A stretch of DNA of 64,000 bases from Octopus sinensis (GCF_006345805.1 NC_042997.1:35340001-35404000), one strand, 5' to 3'; positions 25,580 through 39,545 are shown, numbered from the stretch's first letter. The notes: generated by a model from the letters alone, not told the origin. Numbers and translations are program-made.

Positions 25580-25655
25580 TTGTTCGTGTTCAGGTCACTG
25601 CTTGGAATCTTGGGGTTAGTAGTCCGCGTACTTAACCACTACGCAATGTGCCCTT
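25318..25655 (-). mobile_element. Composite non-autonomous repeat: tRNA-like head, (ATT)n/(AAT)n, then a tail carrying a hammerhead-like motif
   Basis: Minus strand: ggcacattgcgtagtggttaagtacgcggactactaacccc (A-box/tRNA-like; no B box in this copy), microsatellite at 25447-25580, tail at 25446-25318. Confidence 0.6.
25374..25419 (-). ncRNA. Degenerate minimal hammerhead ribozyme
   Basis: GATAC CTGAAGA A GGCTG gagggtgtat CAGCC CAAA CG TT ATGTT. The CUGANGA core and a 5-bp stem II are intact; GAAA is mutated to CAAA. Confidence 0.55.
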
Positions 25656-25779
25656 GGGCAATTATGGAGTGAATTTTAGGGCTTATAAATCTAATATTTT
25701 TCTATCCTTCATTAACACCGTTCCCCATATGCTGCGCCTATCTGCACTCCGTCTGCTTAGGAGGTCACTGTTACCTAGC

Positions 25780-26590
25780 ATATGTGCTGCTTCTTTAAGT
25801 TTTCGTATTTTCCAGTGCTACTAGTTTCTTCCTTTCTCAGTTCCGGTGGTGTTTGTTTTTGTTGAAAGAAGTGCTCACCTTAATGTGCCCCATCTCCACG
25901 CAGTGGTAACATGTGGGGATCTTCCCTCCACTGCTACCCGAAGTCTCACATCCTCCGGGAGCTCAACCTCCTCTGCTATAATTTAGAGGTCACTGAGGGT
26001 GCGTGGATATTGACCTCGCGTCCATAACCTCATCGATTTAATTGTTCTGTGCGGTTCACTTGTAGAACCTGCGGGCCGTCCTCCATGTCCATCATAATGG
26101 CTCCAACAACCACATCTCTTTGATTTCCGGGGACACCCTGATAATTCTTATTCTGGTTACTCTCGTTCCAAGATAATCTGGCAGTTGTGGCCAGTACGCC
26201 TACTTCAAGGCTTCAGTGGAGTGCATTATTGTTTACTTCACTGTCGAGAGGCGCACCTTCACCGTTCCAAATGTCCTGCTTCCAGAGAAAAAAATTATCG
26301 CTCACCTTATTCAGGCATTCTTCAACTTCTCTTGCCATTTCTATTTTCCTAGTTAGGGTTGAAAGGGTTCTGTACACCACTGTCGTCAGTTCCTTTTTTG
26401 TTGTCACCTCCGTTGGTCGCGTCAGTTTTAACTTTGCACCCCCTCTCCTGGATACATTTCGGCTGTTCCCCACTGCCCCCAACTTCACAGCCATTTCCGT
26501 TATTTCCAATAGCCTTACAGTCCCCGCAACACGTAAAGTAGGTGTAGGAAGGTTTTGTGGTTTAACCCAGCTTTCAATATGGCTGTACAA
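25780..26590 (-). mobile_element. Gag-like ORF1 relic of a LINE (L1/Tx1-like) with a zinc knuckle
   Basis: Minus strand at about 25935-25871 gives VAVEG..PTCYHCVEMGHIK (CX2CX3GH knuckle). GC-richer, with a 125-aa open stretch at 26213-26590. Confidence 0.6.
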
Positions 26591-26596
26591 AGAAAT

Positions 26597-27210
26597 ATAG
26601 GTAGGGAATTCTAAAAATTATTCTCTAGACATTTTCAGCCTGCCCATAATTGTTATAGACTATTTAATAGAAGAAAGCTTAAGATCAGTTATTCTTGCAA
26701 CAAAAAATAACTTCGCCTCTCTTATTAACCAGCACAACAATAAGATAATTTCAAATAAACATAGTGCTGATTCTTTTCCTAAAAATTGCAATTCCAAAGA
26801 TGGGACCTCCTGTCGGTTGGAAGGAAAATGTCTGGAGAAAGGAATCGTGTATAGATCCAAAGTGCAGATAGAAGGCTCACACGAATATAAAACTTACAGA
26901 GGGGCTTCTGAAAATTCTTTCAAAATCCAATTTTATTCTTATAGAAATGTCTTCCCATACTCCGAAAAGATCAGCTTGGCAACATATGTCAGCGAATTAA
27001 AAGAGTACGGAACTCTATGTTTCAATATGACACGGAGAATTTTAGATAGAGCTTCACTTTACAGACACGGCGCGCATAAAAGACCCATGAAATGTCATTT
27101 ATGTCTGTGGAAAATTTGTATATTTTATTCTAGGAGAAAAGCGCTTTGAATCAAACACGCGAACACTTGAATTCCGCCAGACACGCAACAAAATTTGAAA
27201 TGTCGACTAA
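26597..27210 (+). mobile_element. Second, older Penelope-like GIY-YIG relic
   Basis: RHF...LFNRRKLKISYSC, NCNSKDGTSCRLEGKCLEKGIVY..KTYRGASENSFK, SLATYVSELKE and KCHLCLW, collinear with 15280-16097. Contains stops and frameshifts. Confidence 0.85.
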
Positions 27211-28157
27211 AAATATACCATATGGAGAGTATAATTATTTGATACTTTAACTAGTTTTCAATCAGACTGTTGGATTTTTATCTTATAAAACATGATTTTT
27301 TTCGCATCGGAAATATATGGTATATATTTCGGCATATTTCTTAAGAAACCCTCGACTGTTAAATACATATATTATCTTCATGTTTAAGATCCTATTTTTA
27401 TTTTATTTTATTTCATTGTATTTTATAAACCCAATTAATCGTTTAACTTATAGATAATTCGATATAGGGGGTTTTATTTTGCATGTCTTTTATCCGAATT
27501 TTAATATTATACACTCAGCAATATTTTTTCAAATGTTGTTTGTATGTATACGGCAGGCCCTAGATATGTTTTCATGTAGATACCTGTATTTTTGGCATGC
27601 ATATGTGTTCGTATGTGTGCGTCTATGTATATGTGTGAGTTAGCGTCTATGTTTATACTTGTGCACATACATGCATGAATGTATATGTATGCATGTATAC
27701 ACTTATATTTGTGTGGATGTGTATTTACGTGCATATTTCCATATATTCATATTTGTGATCTTATATGTATATTTATGATAATATACACTTTTGTATACAC
27801 ATATATACGTAGTATTATTTTGTGTACGTTTGTTACGCATACTATGCCACCTATCTTTCTTTTTCTTTCCTTACGAGGAGTATCCTTTAACAATGCGTTT
27901 CTCTTCTCTCCACCTTACCTCTTTCCCTCGCTACCTGTTACGTTTAAGATCCTTCCTTTCCTTTTATTCCCCTTCCCTTCGTTTAAAATATGCTTCGCAT
28001 CAGGCTTGTCTGTTATAACTTCTATATGTACACACCTAGAGATTTTCTGTTCTATTTTAACAAAACTTTCCGACGAACGGGAACGTGAAATTCTGAGTAA
28101 CAGCTTTTGTAATATTTCTGCTGCTTTTCAATAACATATACATACACACAAACACAC

Positions 28158-28247
<90 letters not shown>

Positions 28248-28542
28248 TATATAGGTATTTATATCGAAAACACACGCCCTCCCACGTATATATGCGTATA
28301 TAAATATGTGTGTGTGTGTGTGTGAATGGATAGACATGCATAAATTCGTTATATATGTATACCCCTTTTCATATGTGTAGTTATTTTCGATCGACTATGT
28401 GTGGAACGGGATGCGCGTGATGTTTTAGTTGTGTATATATGAATGCGGCTGTATATACTTTTGGTTTCATGAGGGCGAAATTGTCAACATTAGCAGGAAA
28501 ATAGTAAGGTGAGTGACAATATGTGACAGTAAAAGAATGTAC

Positions 28543-28579
<37 letters not shown>

Positions 28580-29423
28580 TATTTGTTTGTTTACAAAGGC
28601 ACAAAGACATACTCACACGCACACATATTCAAGATATTAATCTTCATGTGCGTGGTCATATTATATGAAGAACGTTTCAGACATTTACTAATTTCACTTG
28701 ATAGTATGTGATATAGAGAGGGGAAAATGACATGGCTTTCTCTAATAATATAAAACTGATTGATAAGCGGTGCAAAAAAAAAATGAACAGAATCTGTCGA
28801 ACCCTACAATACGTTCACGAGATTGGAAGAGTATTATTTCAAATTTTCAGCTATCAATATCACGCTTAGTAATTAAATCAGGAAAACGTCAAAATGTATT
28901 GATTGTTGTTTTGTTTGCTTTTTCCGTTTAAATTACCTGATGAAATATTTGATAATCTCTATTACTGCTACATATAAATTTATTCGTAATTTGGAACTTG
29001 CTATGGAAAGGTCCCTTTCACTGTATGAAGAAGGGGAGCAGATCAAGTACGTTGAATAAATGGTTGAATATTAAATAATGACAGCAACATAAATTGGATC
29101 ATGTTCTATTATATGCGTTTCCAATATAAATCAACAGTGTTAATGTCCTTTTAACACATAAATATATGAACTATTTCTAAAGAATGAATATTTGTGATAA
29201 GTACATGGTTAATATTATATGATATACAGCATAAGGTAAAAATAATTGTAGAATGTGTTCCTATATAAAAGAAAAAATATGACCTTAACAATGCAGGTTC
29301 CTTATAGCACTATAATATAGAAAACTAATGGAGTCTATGATAATATTCTGGAGAAAAAAATTGTCGTTAAGAGGTTTTAAAAAATTCAAGATATAATGAT
29401 CTTCTGTTATCTAAATATAACTA

Positions 29424-29960
29424 TATGAGGGGGCAGGCCGAAAAGTTCAGAGGCTGTTAATGAAGGAGCTTTGAAATCTTGCACGGATTAGTTTCATTTC
29501 AACAGTTTATATTAATTTCTGCATTGCTTCTTTCCAAGTAAACAGTTCAAAGACCACTTTAAAAGTAACTAGTAGCGGCTTGTGCCATTGTGTTTTTATC
29601 ATGTCCTTTCGTACCGAGTTGTATCCCATAAAATGAAAATTGTTGCTGCAACAGACACAAGCTGCAAATTGACAATGATGTTATCTTGTTCGTGTCACCA
29701 CGCAACAGCTCCACAATTCTATTTTTAACATGGTTTCGTCTGTTATCGATCTTAATAGGTCTCCGTAAAGGAAGTGGCGGCGAACCAGTTTCCCCACTGT
29801 AAATAAAACTCATACGCCACAGTACCGAAGACAAGATTGCATTCTTCACATAGCCACTCACCACCAACAATAGTCCAGCCTTCATTTTGGGCCTCCCGTG
29901 GCACGCCTTTCTGCTGAATGCCAGCATGTCATACATCTTTAAACATCTTACACTTTGTAT
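29424..29960 (-). mobile_element. Possible very degenerate mariner fragment
   Basis: TIR-like tatgagggggcaggccgaaaagttc at 29424. A weak HTH-region similarity (LSSVLWRM..SGE..PLRRP..IVELLRGD) is on the minus strand. Confidence 0.3.
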
Positions 29961-30444
29961 CAACTAGTGGCCATAATTTCTCGAACACATAATAAGAGGA
30001 AATGACACGAGCATTATAAGTCCACTTTAAAGAAAGCATCACATAATATTCTGTAAAAGACAGTTAAATTAGAAGTGTCAGTCCTCATACTGTTCTCAGA
30101 TGTTCCCCAGAATGTGATGTTAGTATTCTAGATCTTCAGAAAGCAAGGACATTTTATGTAGGAAAGCAAGGAAATTCAAGCGAAACTAAATGGTGCGTTA
30201 TTAATTTTCTTCACTTACTACATATTTCTAAATTGAACTTCATGTATCAATGAATTCACTGTGATAAAATTAACCTAACTGTAAATATCAGATTTAGTCA
30301 AAAGTAAGGAACGTTTTGAACCATGAAGGATTTGTATCGGATTTTTGCAGAGTTTTGAATTTTGTTTTTTAAGTATTTGTTTTGCAGTTGTCTGATAATA
30401 CAGAATTAGACTTACCCAAATGTGTCAATAAATTGACATTGAAA

Positions 30445-31012
30445 GGCGGCGAGCTGGCAGAAAAGTTAGCACGCCGGGCGAAATGCTTAGCAGTATTTCA
30501 TCTGCCGCAACGTTCTGCGTTCAAATTCCGCTGAGGTCGACTTTGCCTTTCATCAATTCGGGTCGATTAAATAAGTACCAGTTATGCACTGGGGTCGATA
30601 TAATCGACTTAATCCGTTTGTCTGTCCTTGTTTGTCCTCTCTGTGTTTAGCCCCTTGTGGGTAGTAAAATAATAGGTATTTCTTATGTCTTAAAAAGGCG
30701 GTGAGCTGGCAGAAAATTTAGCACGCCAGGCGAAATGCTTAGCGGTATTTCCTCTGCCGCTACGTTCCGAGTTCAAATTCCGCCGAGGTCGACTTTGCCT
30801 TTCATCCTTTCGGGGTCAATTAAATAAGTACCAGTTATGCACTGGGGTCGATATAATCGACCTAATCCGTTTTTCTGACTTTGTTTGTTCCCTTGTGGGT
30901 AGTAAAGAAATAGGTATTTCGTCTGCCATTACATTCAGAGATCAAATTCCGCCGAGGTTGACTTTGCCTTTCATCATTTCGGGGTCGGTAAATTAAGTAC
31001 CAATTACGCACT
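30445..31012 (+). mobile_element. Head-to-tail array of family C SINE (two full units, 30445-30682 and 30697-30920, plus a partial third)
   Basis: A-box-like GAGCTGGCAGAA, B box GAGTTCAAATTCC and central gtcgactttgcctttcatcctttcggggtc..aataagtaccag, which resembles the Meta/Sauria-type SINE central domain. Confidence 0.9.
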
Positions 31013-31174
31013 ATAATATGTTAACAAACCGTTTTAAAAAATGAAAGACTTTTCCCAACTAATGTTTGAGGGCCTAGTCAACGACTCCTCGCAAGCCCTG
31101 TACGAAAAACCAAAAGAATGAGATGATAGGGCAACCCATATCTAACCGGTAAGTACAACGTTACGGATACACTT

Positions 31175-32215
31175 CATGCTGGTTGTATAAATATACGCAG
31201 CGTGGGGGTACAATGCAAAGAAGGTACTTTCCTGAATGATTTAAGGTCGCATAGGATGGATATAAACAGATTGCTCAACGGGGCTTCCCCCCTCCTAAAT
31301 GGCTACGAGAAATTTATTTCTTCATGCCTACCTGGAGGCGGGAGAGGTGTAGCCGTGCTGCTCAGTAAAAGAAATCTAGTCTTAGAAACAAGAACTATCT
31401 TCATCAACCCGGAAGGTAGGTTGGTCCTCCTTTACGTGAAACTAAGCAGCAATAAGGTTTTGTAGCTGGTAGCTCTTTACGGTCCCCGGGAACTAGACAG
31501 GTAGATTTTTTGGAAGCCTGGAGAAGTTTCTAGGAATGTCTCACAGCATAGTATTTATATGTGACTTTAACAAAACATGCGATGCACAGGTAGATTACGT
31601 TGGCTTGTCTACTGATAGAAGAGGAAGCCCGTGCTTCAATAATCTCCTCAGTCGATTTCAGCTGGAAATAGGTACAGACTAGATGTCCCAGACGTGGATA
31701 TGAACTAATGCAGATGGGTGATCTATATCTTATTTAGACAGGATACTAATTAGAGAAATATACAAAAGCCTAGTTAGTCGTCCGCAATTTCACTGTCAGC
31801 TACAATGATCACAAAGTTGTGACCTGTAGGCTGGACTTAGATAAGTTACATAGACAGGGATACATCCACTAGAAACTCAATAAATCACCTTTGGCTCATG
31901 TGGAGTACAGGAGTCGGATTAGACAGATAGTGATGAGGGCATTGCGTGGTGCCATTATTAGCAACAAATAGTGATATGCCCTCCAAACAGCCATAATATT
32001 TGAATCTATTTGGTATAGCAAAGAGTTAATGACTAAGAAAACTAGAGTAGAAAGGGATTCAGTTAGGGCCCTCGACGAAGCACTGGAATCTAGCTCCGCA
32101 TCCCGAGTTTTAACTGCAAGAATGGCGTTTAACCATCACCACGAGCCTAAAAACGAGGGATGCTTAGTCAGGGGTAAACAACGAACAATGGTACGGGAGG
32201 GAATCTCAGAAGATT
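31175..32215 (+). mobile_element. APE endonuclease region of an L1/Tx1-like LINE ORF2, pseudogenised
   Basis: GCINIRS, GGRGVAVLL, PEGRLV, LVALYGP, CDFN, SYLDRILI, NDHKVV and KLNKS in the correct order, with stops and frameshifts. Confidence 0.88.
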
Positions 32216-33234
32216 GGAAAGACGTTCACGCCGATCTGTTCCATACGTCTTTCAATATTAAACATTTTCGCTCAGTCCTATTTCCCACATTGCACATGAA
32301 AACTAAATATTTTTTTATCAAAATTTAAAAAGACTAGTTGCCGGTGCAAGCATTCAATTGCCTAATGAAACAGAACTGAAAGGTGTGTAATAATTACTAG
32401 AGCACCATCAGAAAACTGGAGGATATGAATATATACAGAAACAATTTACGTATGAAAAGTATCAAATCTAAAATCGAAATATACTTCAGGGTTAAACATC
32501 AATAATATAAAGTGTATAATGTAAGTAATAAATCCTTCATAAATAAAATAGTTCGTTATCATTATAAAATTTACTTGACTTGTAAAAATGGCGTTGCATA
32601 TATCATCGCCCGCAAGACCACAGATAATATGCCTCACATTACAGAATTCGCAATCGATGTATGAATTATGGTTTTAATAATTGACATTGCAGTACGAAAT
32701 GAATATAAATGTGTGCATTGTTAATGAATTAACTGTATATGGGTGATAAATTTATATAACGGCTTCGAATAGCTAATGAATTAAATACAATATGGCAGAT
32801 AACGCACGATTCCCTTAAACTATCAGTAATTAGTATTACCAGAATGATACAAAATCGCTTATGTAAAGATTCAGCATGTTACCGCAGCCACATTTTGAAC
32901 AACAATAATTTTAGTTAATGCAAATTCGGTATACAGTTTATTCACAGAGGAGTTGATACACATTAACAATGAATGCTTGTCTCAAAATTACAAATATGTT
33001 TATGATATATGAAAAGATTTTCTTAGTATATCTATTAAAGAATCGTTAACATATATGTTATGATATAAAGATGCCATCGTATTAGATGATTACTTGTATT
33101 GTAGTAAATGACTTATAAATATGTGGGTATATGTGTATGTGGATGAATGTGGAAGTGGTGTGTGTGCTCGCGCGTGTGTGGGGGTTTGGTTGTGCGCGAT
33201 GTTATACATAATTTTGTTTACTATTTCTGTCTTT

Positions 33235-33575
33235 AATTTTGTTTCAGTCATTGGAGAGCAGCCTGCTGGTGCACCTCCTTGGTAGGGGTTTAGTGTAACA
33301 AAACGATTCCAGCTCTTTAAATCCTGCTATTTCTTCTATCGGTTTCTTTTGCTAGCTTGTTGAGTTACGGATGCGTAAACACACGATCACCGGTTGTCAA
33401 AAGGTGGTCCAGGACAAACACGCACGCACACGCACACAGATATAGACACAGACACACACCAACACACAGACACACACGTACACAATAGACGGTTTTCTTC
33501 CGTCTGAAAATTCACTCACAAGGCTTCAAACGTGTCACTCAGAGGAACTGAACACCCAACCGTGTGGGTGAGAAG
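33235..33575 (-). mobile_element. Diverged family A SINE
   Basis: ttgtttcagtcatt..ctatcggt..cggttgtcaa..(CA)n..ttccgtct..cactcacaaggctt..actgaac. Confidence 0.75.
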
Positions 33576-36500
33576 AAAACGTCTTTGTGGGTATATGTAT
33601 GCATGTATGTATGTATCGAACCGTACATAGATTTTATACTGAAATAATAAGCTGCTAAAAGGATATAGCTATATGTAGTTCTGTATATAAATTGTATATT
33701 CCAAAATGATATAACCACACTAATATATGAAACTGATTTTATCATTATATTGCAAGTATAAAGTACAACTTTAAAACAACAAATGAATTGTGAAGTTGTA
33801 TTCGGTTCCCTGCGGTCTTCTTTATATTTTGTTATTTATATTTAATGAAATATGCTACAGTGTGGATCAATATAAGCCACGAACCATTCAGTTATGCGCC
33901 TAGGTTTAAAGTCATTATTACCACTTTAACTGAGTGATGCAACATAAAACATTGTCCAATACCCTTACTAAGTTACTTGACATACACATAGGAAGTTATG
34001 TCACCCTGGATAAAAAGAATAAGTTTTGAGTTTGTGTTTCAATCCTTATAGGACTATCAGATGGTATAATAATGAATTAAATATGTCTTTTTCTGTAGCA
34101 ACTTCGTACAAATTTAGATAAATATAAGAAATATTTCATCATGATATTATGGAAGAACATTTACAGAAATAATGATAGCGCTACAGACAATTCATTTTTA
34201 AATTGTACATTCTCAAAAGTGTTTCTTTTCTAATCACATCACTTGGATCAATAAAACATGTATCATTAACACAATACAAACGATTGATTTCCTGTTAAAT
34301 ACAATTCCTCTAAGGACATTTAGTTTCCTACGAGAACAAAGGATAATGTCGTGACGTAATTTTGGCTAATTTTCATATTAATGTTATAGAATACCTGCTT
34401 CATCAGAGATTTCCCGAAAAAAAGATGAATCTCCTAAATGTCATCAAAAATGAAACTATTACTATTGATCTTTATAAAGAGATCTGCTATTCGTAAAGTT
34501 CACAGAAACTAATTGCATGTTCTACATGTTTAAAAATAATGATCATTTCTGAATGACAAAATTTGATGAAAAGTGTATTTTTTTGTATATAGAATATTAT
34601 ATATTTAGAACTTTGATAGCTGAATAAAAGCCACCTGAAATTTAAACTTCTAATGTCGAATGAAAAAAAAATAATAAATACCATAATCTGTCTCAGGTAC
34701 TTGGTTTGGTTTAAGTACAATCCACGATGCGTTAGAGACCTTTTCACGAGTCAAACTTTCCTTTATTTCTCAATATATTACTTACTTGTATATTTTGTAA
34801 GTTATGTCTATGCTTTACTTATTTCGTTATAAAACCTCGTATCATTCTCTCTTGACGTCAGTGAATTTTACGAGCTTATTTGTCAAGCTTTCCCTGATAT
34901 GGTCACTGAATGCACAGAAAGAGGCATTTGCTCCTCCGTTCACAATGTACACAATCTAGCTATATATTGAAATAAAAAAAAATAAAACATTTCTCATTAT
35001 TTATCCTGTCTTTATGTTTCTTTCTGTCCATTCCTCATACTATCTCAGATGGATCTATCTCATCCAACTATATACAATCTATGGTCAAATATTTTACATT
35101 TATCTTTTCTCTTTTCAATTCTGCTTCTATTGTGTCCCATCTCTCAACCCACGGTGCTTGTTATTTTCTTCCTAACTCTCATAAACTTATCTTATTTATC
35201 GCTTCATTTTCTCGGTTGCCTTGTAAATATGCAGCCAAACGTCAATGAAATGTTGTACGATTAAATCAATTTCTACAATTGCAATGAATTTAACCTCATT
35301 GCAAGTATTGATATGGCCGAACTTCTCTAGATTTAGAGTCTTGTAAGATAATGCTGAAAAAGTCTCTGCAGTTAAAACTAATTTCTATTCATGCAATGTG
35401 AGTAGTGCTTTAGCTAAAGCGATATAGCAGCAATATAAAATAAGCCAAAATCTTGCCTCTCTCGGCATCATATTAATTTTCTGTCAAATGTTTTGATAGT
35501 AATTATCTTTTGGAAATAAAATTAATAATTTGTAATCAAAATCGAAATGTGAGTATGATTTTAAAATTATGTAATACATGTCTCGTGATAAAGATAATTT
35601 GCTGTTTGCTAATACATGGGTGCATTCTACACTAAACATTAGACATTTGTTTATGCTTCTATAAAGATAATAAGAATAAATGGAAATATTTCTAGATAAC
35701 TGGACTTCATTAAATCCGAGCAACACTATCAATTGAATTGTAATTGATTATTTAATGCACATGTCTTAAGAGCTTCGCGTCCGTTTTGTAAGTTCACATT
35801 TAAAATATTAAAGCTCTAATGATAACATAAACACGTATTCATCTAATCAACACCTTCTTTAAAGTTTTAGAACTAGAAATAAATAGCAAACACATTATGA
35901 TACTGTTGTCGAATGGTGCTAAAATATCATGAGAGAAATTGTGGTTTAAAAGGGAGATAGAAGCCGTGTATTTCACATTCCTCTTATTGAATGTAATCAG
36001 AGAAAATAACATTTTAAATCAAGCGTATTTAAAATTCAAGTGAAATTGATAAATTCTTTTAAAACTTTATGTGAGTTAACGCGGAGATAGTATGATAGTA
36101 TTAGTTTATGATAATCTGCATGGTGAATTACATTCTTTGTGGTTGAAGCCGTGACGTAAATGATATTGGGATTATAATTATACTACTAATAACATTATTT
36201 CACATATGCAAACGTTTAGCTTTTTGGTTCCATAATTATAAAAAGCCAGGTACTAGAAATAATGTGCAAAATTACTAACAGAATTGTAGTCCTCACGCAT
36301 TCTTTTATTGAAAGGTACTACTTCACAGCATGGAAGGAATGTGTGACTGCTTAGATAAAACAGGCAAAATTAAATATTAAATATTTGTAGTCTAAAAGAC
36401 AATATTTCCTAATTTCTACTATGCCATCATCATTACTTGTTTCACAAAGACACTAAATGTAAGTTGCAGAGAGGGTGTGTCAATTGATATATTTATATAG

Positions 36501-37231
36501 AGCAGTCACACATTCCTTTCCATATCGGCTAACTCTGACGAGAGTAAGGTTGTATAATCGGACTGAACTTAACACTTCGTTGTATCCCTAGCGCGAAACT
36601 GATTGATAAGACGAGCCATAATGGGTATATAAAACTGTACATTTCGGATAATATATATATGTATATATATATATATATAGGTAAGAACGTTTCGGGGAAC
36701 CGAGTGTAGGAAGTTATTAAGCTTCGAGAATATATGCAGCTAATATACAACCACAGATACAGGGTACTAAGATTTAGACTTTGCTGGCCTCAGAGTTATT
36801 CACCGTCGACAAATTTTGATACGGTGACAGTCACCATACAACTAAAGTTGCTAAAAGTGCGTTTAAAAAATAAACGAGAATATAACGAATAGAATAGGCA
36901 CAACACCGGAATACGTTCGTTTCATCACAAATCAATGCATATCATATAGCTTGTAACATGCACAGAACTATCTTAGCTAAATTTCAGGTCTTGTTACCCG
37001 TCAGCGTTTTTACATTGTCGCATGGATATGAATAAATTATTCATAGCAAGGACCAATGTAAACAATAGGAGCTGAAAATCAGCTAAGCTGGTGTTATATG
37101 TTTTACAAATTATGTAACATATAGCTTTGCTAAGAAATGATAAGATTCCATGTTTTACCTGTTCCATTCCTTATATTCTCAGATTTATATATTTATATAT
37201 TTATATACCTTTATTTTTATCTGTTTATATA

Positions 37232-37401
37232 TTATCTTGTTTCATTCACTAAAGAACGGCTATGCAGCATATGAAAAGCTTTTGACGGATAGAGTCGTAC
37301 ATATTTCTTAAGACCTGGTACTAATTCTATCGGTCTCTTCTCCCGAATCACTAAGTTACGCGGAGGTAAAGACACCACCATGTGATGGTGGCGCGAGCGT
37401 G

Positions 37402-37443
<42 letters not shown>

Positions 37444-37650
37444 ATATATATACATATATGTGTGTGTGTGTGTGTATTCATATATGTATGTATCTATGTA
37501 TGTATACGACCGTCTTCTTCAATTTCGCTCTAGCAAATTTACTCGCAATGCTTTGGTCGCGGCATAGAAGGCATTTGCCAAAGTTTAGAAACAGTGGGAC
37601 TCAATCCGGAACAATGCGGTTGGGAAGCAAGCAAGCGTCTTACCGCACTA
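37232..37650 (-). mobile_element. Diverged family A SINE
   Basis: ttctatcggtctctt..taagttacg..gctttggtcg..cagtgggactcaatccggaac..gggaagcaagc. Confidence 0.75.
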
Positions 37651-37666
37651 TATATATATATATTAT

Positions 37667-37723
<57 letters not shown>

Positions 37724-37861
37724 TGCACCAATTTTACCTTTAACAAATGTAATTGTTGTAACTAGCATATAATTTCCGATAATTTCTAGTTGATCTGTAA
37801 AATCGAAGAAATATGGCATAAATTATTTCTGAGAGACGTTTGCACATTCATACCTCCGATT

Positions 37862-38472
37862 CAGGTATAGTTGTATGATAAGGACTTCGCTTCCCAGTCA
37901 CACAGTTTCGGGTTCAGTCGCGCTACCTGGTACCTTGTTCAAGTAAAGATTCTACTACCACAGCCTCGGACAGACAACACATTTTTTAGTGGATTTGGTA
38001 GAGAGAGCGCACCGGGTGGTTACTCGTGCACGTTTCGGGCCACGTGGATTTTACTTAAGAAGTGAGCTAATGTAAAACGCATACATTTGATCACTATAAA
38101 AAAAAAAAACATGTGTGCAGGTCGTTCGGCAACTGCTGAACGCTCATGTGTCCTTTTCGACGGGAGATTCCACCATCATATATATTAGATAGACACACAA
38201 GTGTGTGTGTGAGTGTTTGTGTATGTGTGTGTGGATATGTACGCGGGCGCGTGTTTGCATTTGTGTCTTTCGTCCTACAGCATGGAAATCGTTGTTGGTT
38301 TGTTCATCTATTCTTAAGTAAGCGGTTAGTCAAGAAAGAACGATAGAATAAGTGCAAATAAGTGCAAAGGTTGATTGATTCGAATAAAACCTCTTCAAAT
38401 CGGTGTCCTATGAAATCAATCCTTTATCTTATACATGTTTTCCCATGACTGAAACATGTACAAGATAAAAGA
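37862..38472 (+). mobile_element. Diverged family A SINE on +, interrupted by an unrelated ~170-bp insert (about 38006-38178)
   Basis: Head gggttcagtc..accttgttcaagt..agtggatttggtaga; tail cgatagaataagt..atgactgaaacatgtacaagataaaaga. Confidence 0.7.
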
Positions 38473-38904
38473 TGATAGGTGTTTTTTTCTATTTCCAAGT
38501 CCAGATCATTGAGATAGTAATAACCATTTTTTACCAACTTTCACTATAATTGTATCCATACAATGAGAAAGTGTATTAGTAGTTCAGTAATCAGAATATG
38601 CTTAGAATATAATATGCTTGAAGATAATGAAATATGGTGTTAGTGTCTGAAAATGTCCATCACTCTTATCCTCATCTTTCTTGCGTCAGCATTTCACTAC
38701 ATGTACATGCATATAATTGTCTATATGTGATGCGGAAAATTATTCAGAGGTAACTGGGTCATAGTTATCAGATAGTTCTTTCTCTCTCACAACTGGGAGA
38801 CTAACAAGCGCGATTGTAGAACCATGACTTGAATTCTGGCATTTGATTCTTTCATTTTATCGTAGTTGGAACTCTGCCTTAAATGGTTTTCATTTGATGA
38901 AATC

Positions 38905-39190
38905 CAACCCTGCATTTATTTCTTCTTTCTGAAGTCTGGAACTTATTCTGTCGTTTCCTTTTTCCCACACCGCGAAGTTAATGGCATGTATATTGACGAA
39001 GCATGTTTATCAGGCAGCAGGTGAGGAGAAAGACATTTCCATACATAAATATATACACGCATACATGCATACGTGCATGCAAACATACATACATACATAC
39101 ATACATACACACATACATACAATCATACATACATACATTCATACATACATACATCATACATATATACATACATACATATACATACATACA

Positions 39191-39224
<34 letters not shown>

Positions 39225-39308
39225 CATACATACATACATACATACATACATACACACATACATACAATCATACATACATACATTCATACATACATACATC
39301 ATACATAT

Positions 39309-39339
<31 letters not shown>

Positions 39340-39545
39340 CAAAGATACATACATACATACATACATACATACATACATACATACATGTGTGCGTGTTAGC
39401 TTTCTATGCCGTTTCCGGCAACCAAATTGACTGACAATGCATAGGCCAACCCAAGTCTGCAAGAAAAACACATATGCAAAGTCCTACGCAGTGGAACAGA
39501 ATTCAAAACTACCTTGTTGCCAAGCAACCTCCTTAAGCTCCTGCC
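38905..39545 (-). mobile_element. Diverged family A SINE with an expanded internal (CATA)n array (about 39045-39386)
   Basis: acttattctgtcg..cgaagtta on the left and gtttccggcaaccaaatt..cgcagtggaacagaa on the right of the array. Confidence 0.6.

Noticed and set aside
30445-31012. CRISPR-like or prokaryotic repeat array
   Set aside because: The units are ~240-bp SINE copies without unique spacers, and the context is eukaryotic.
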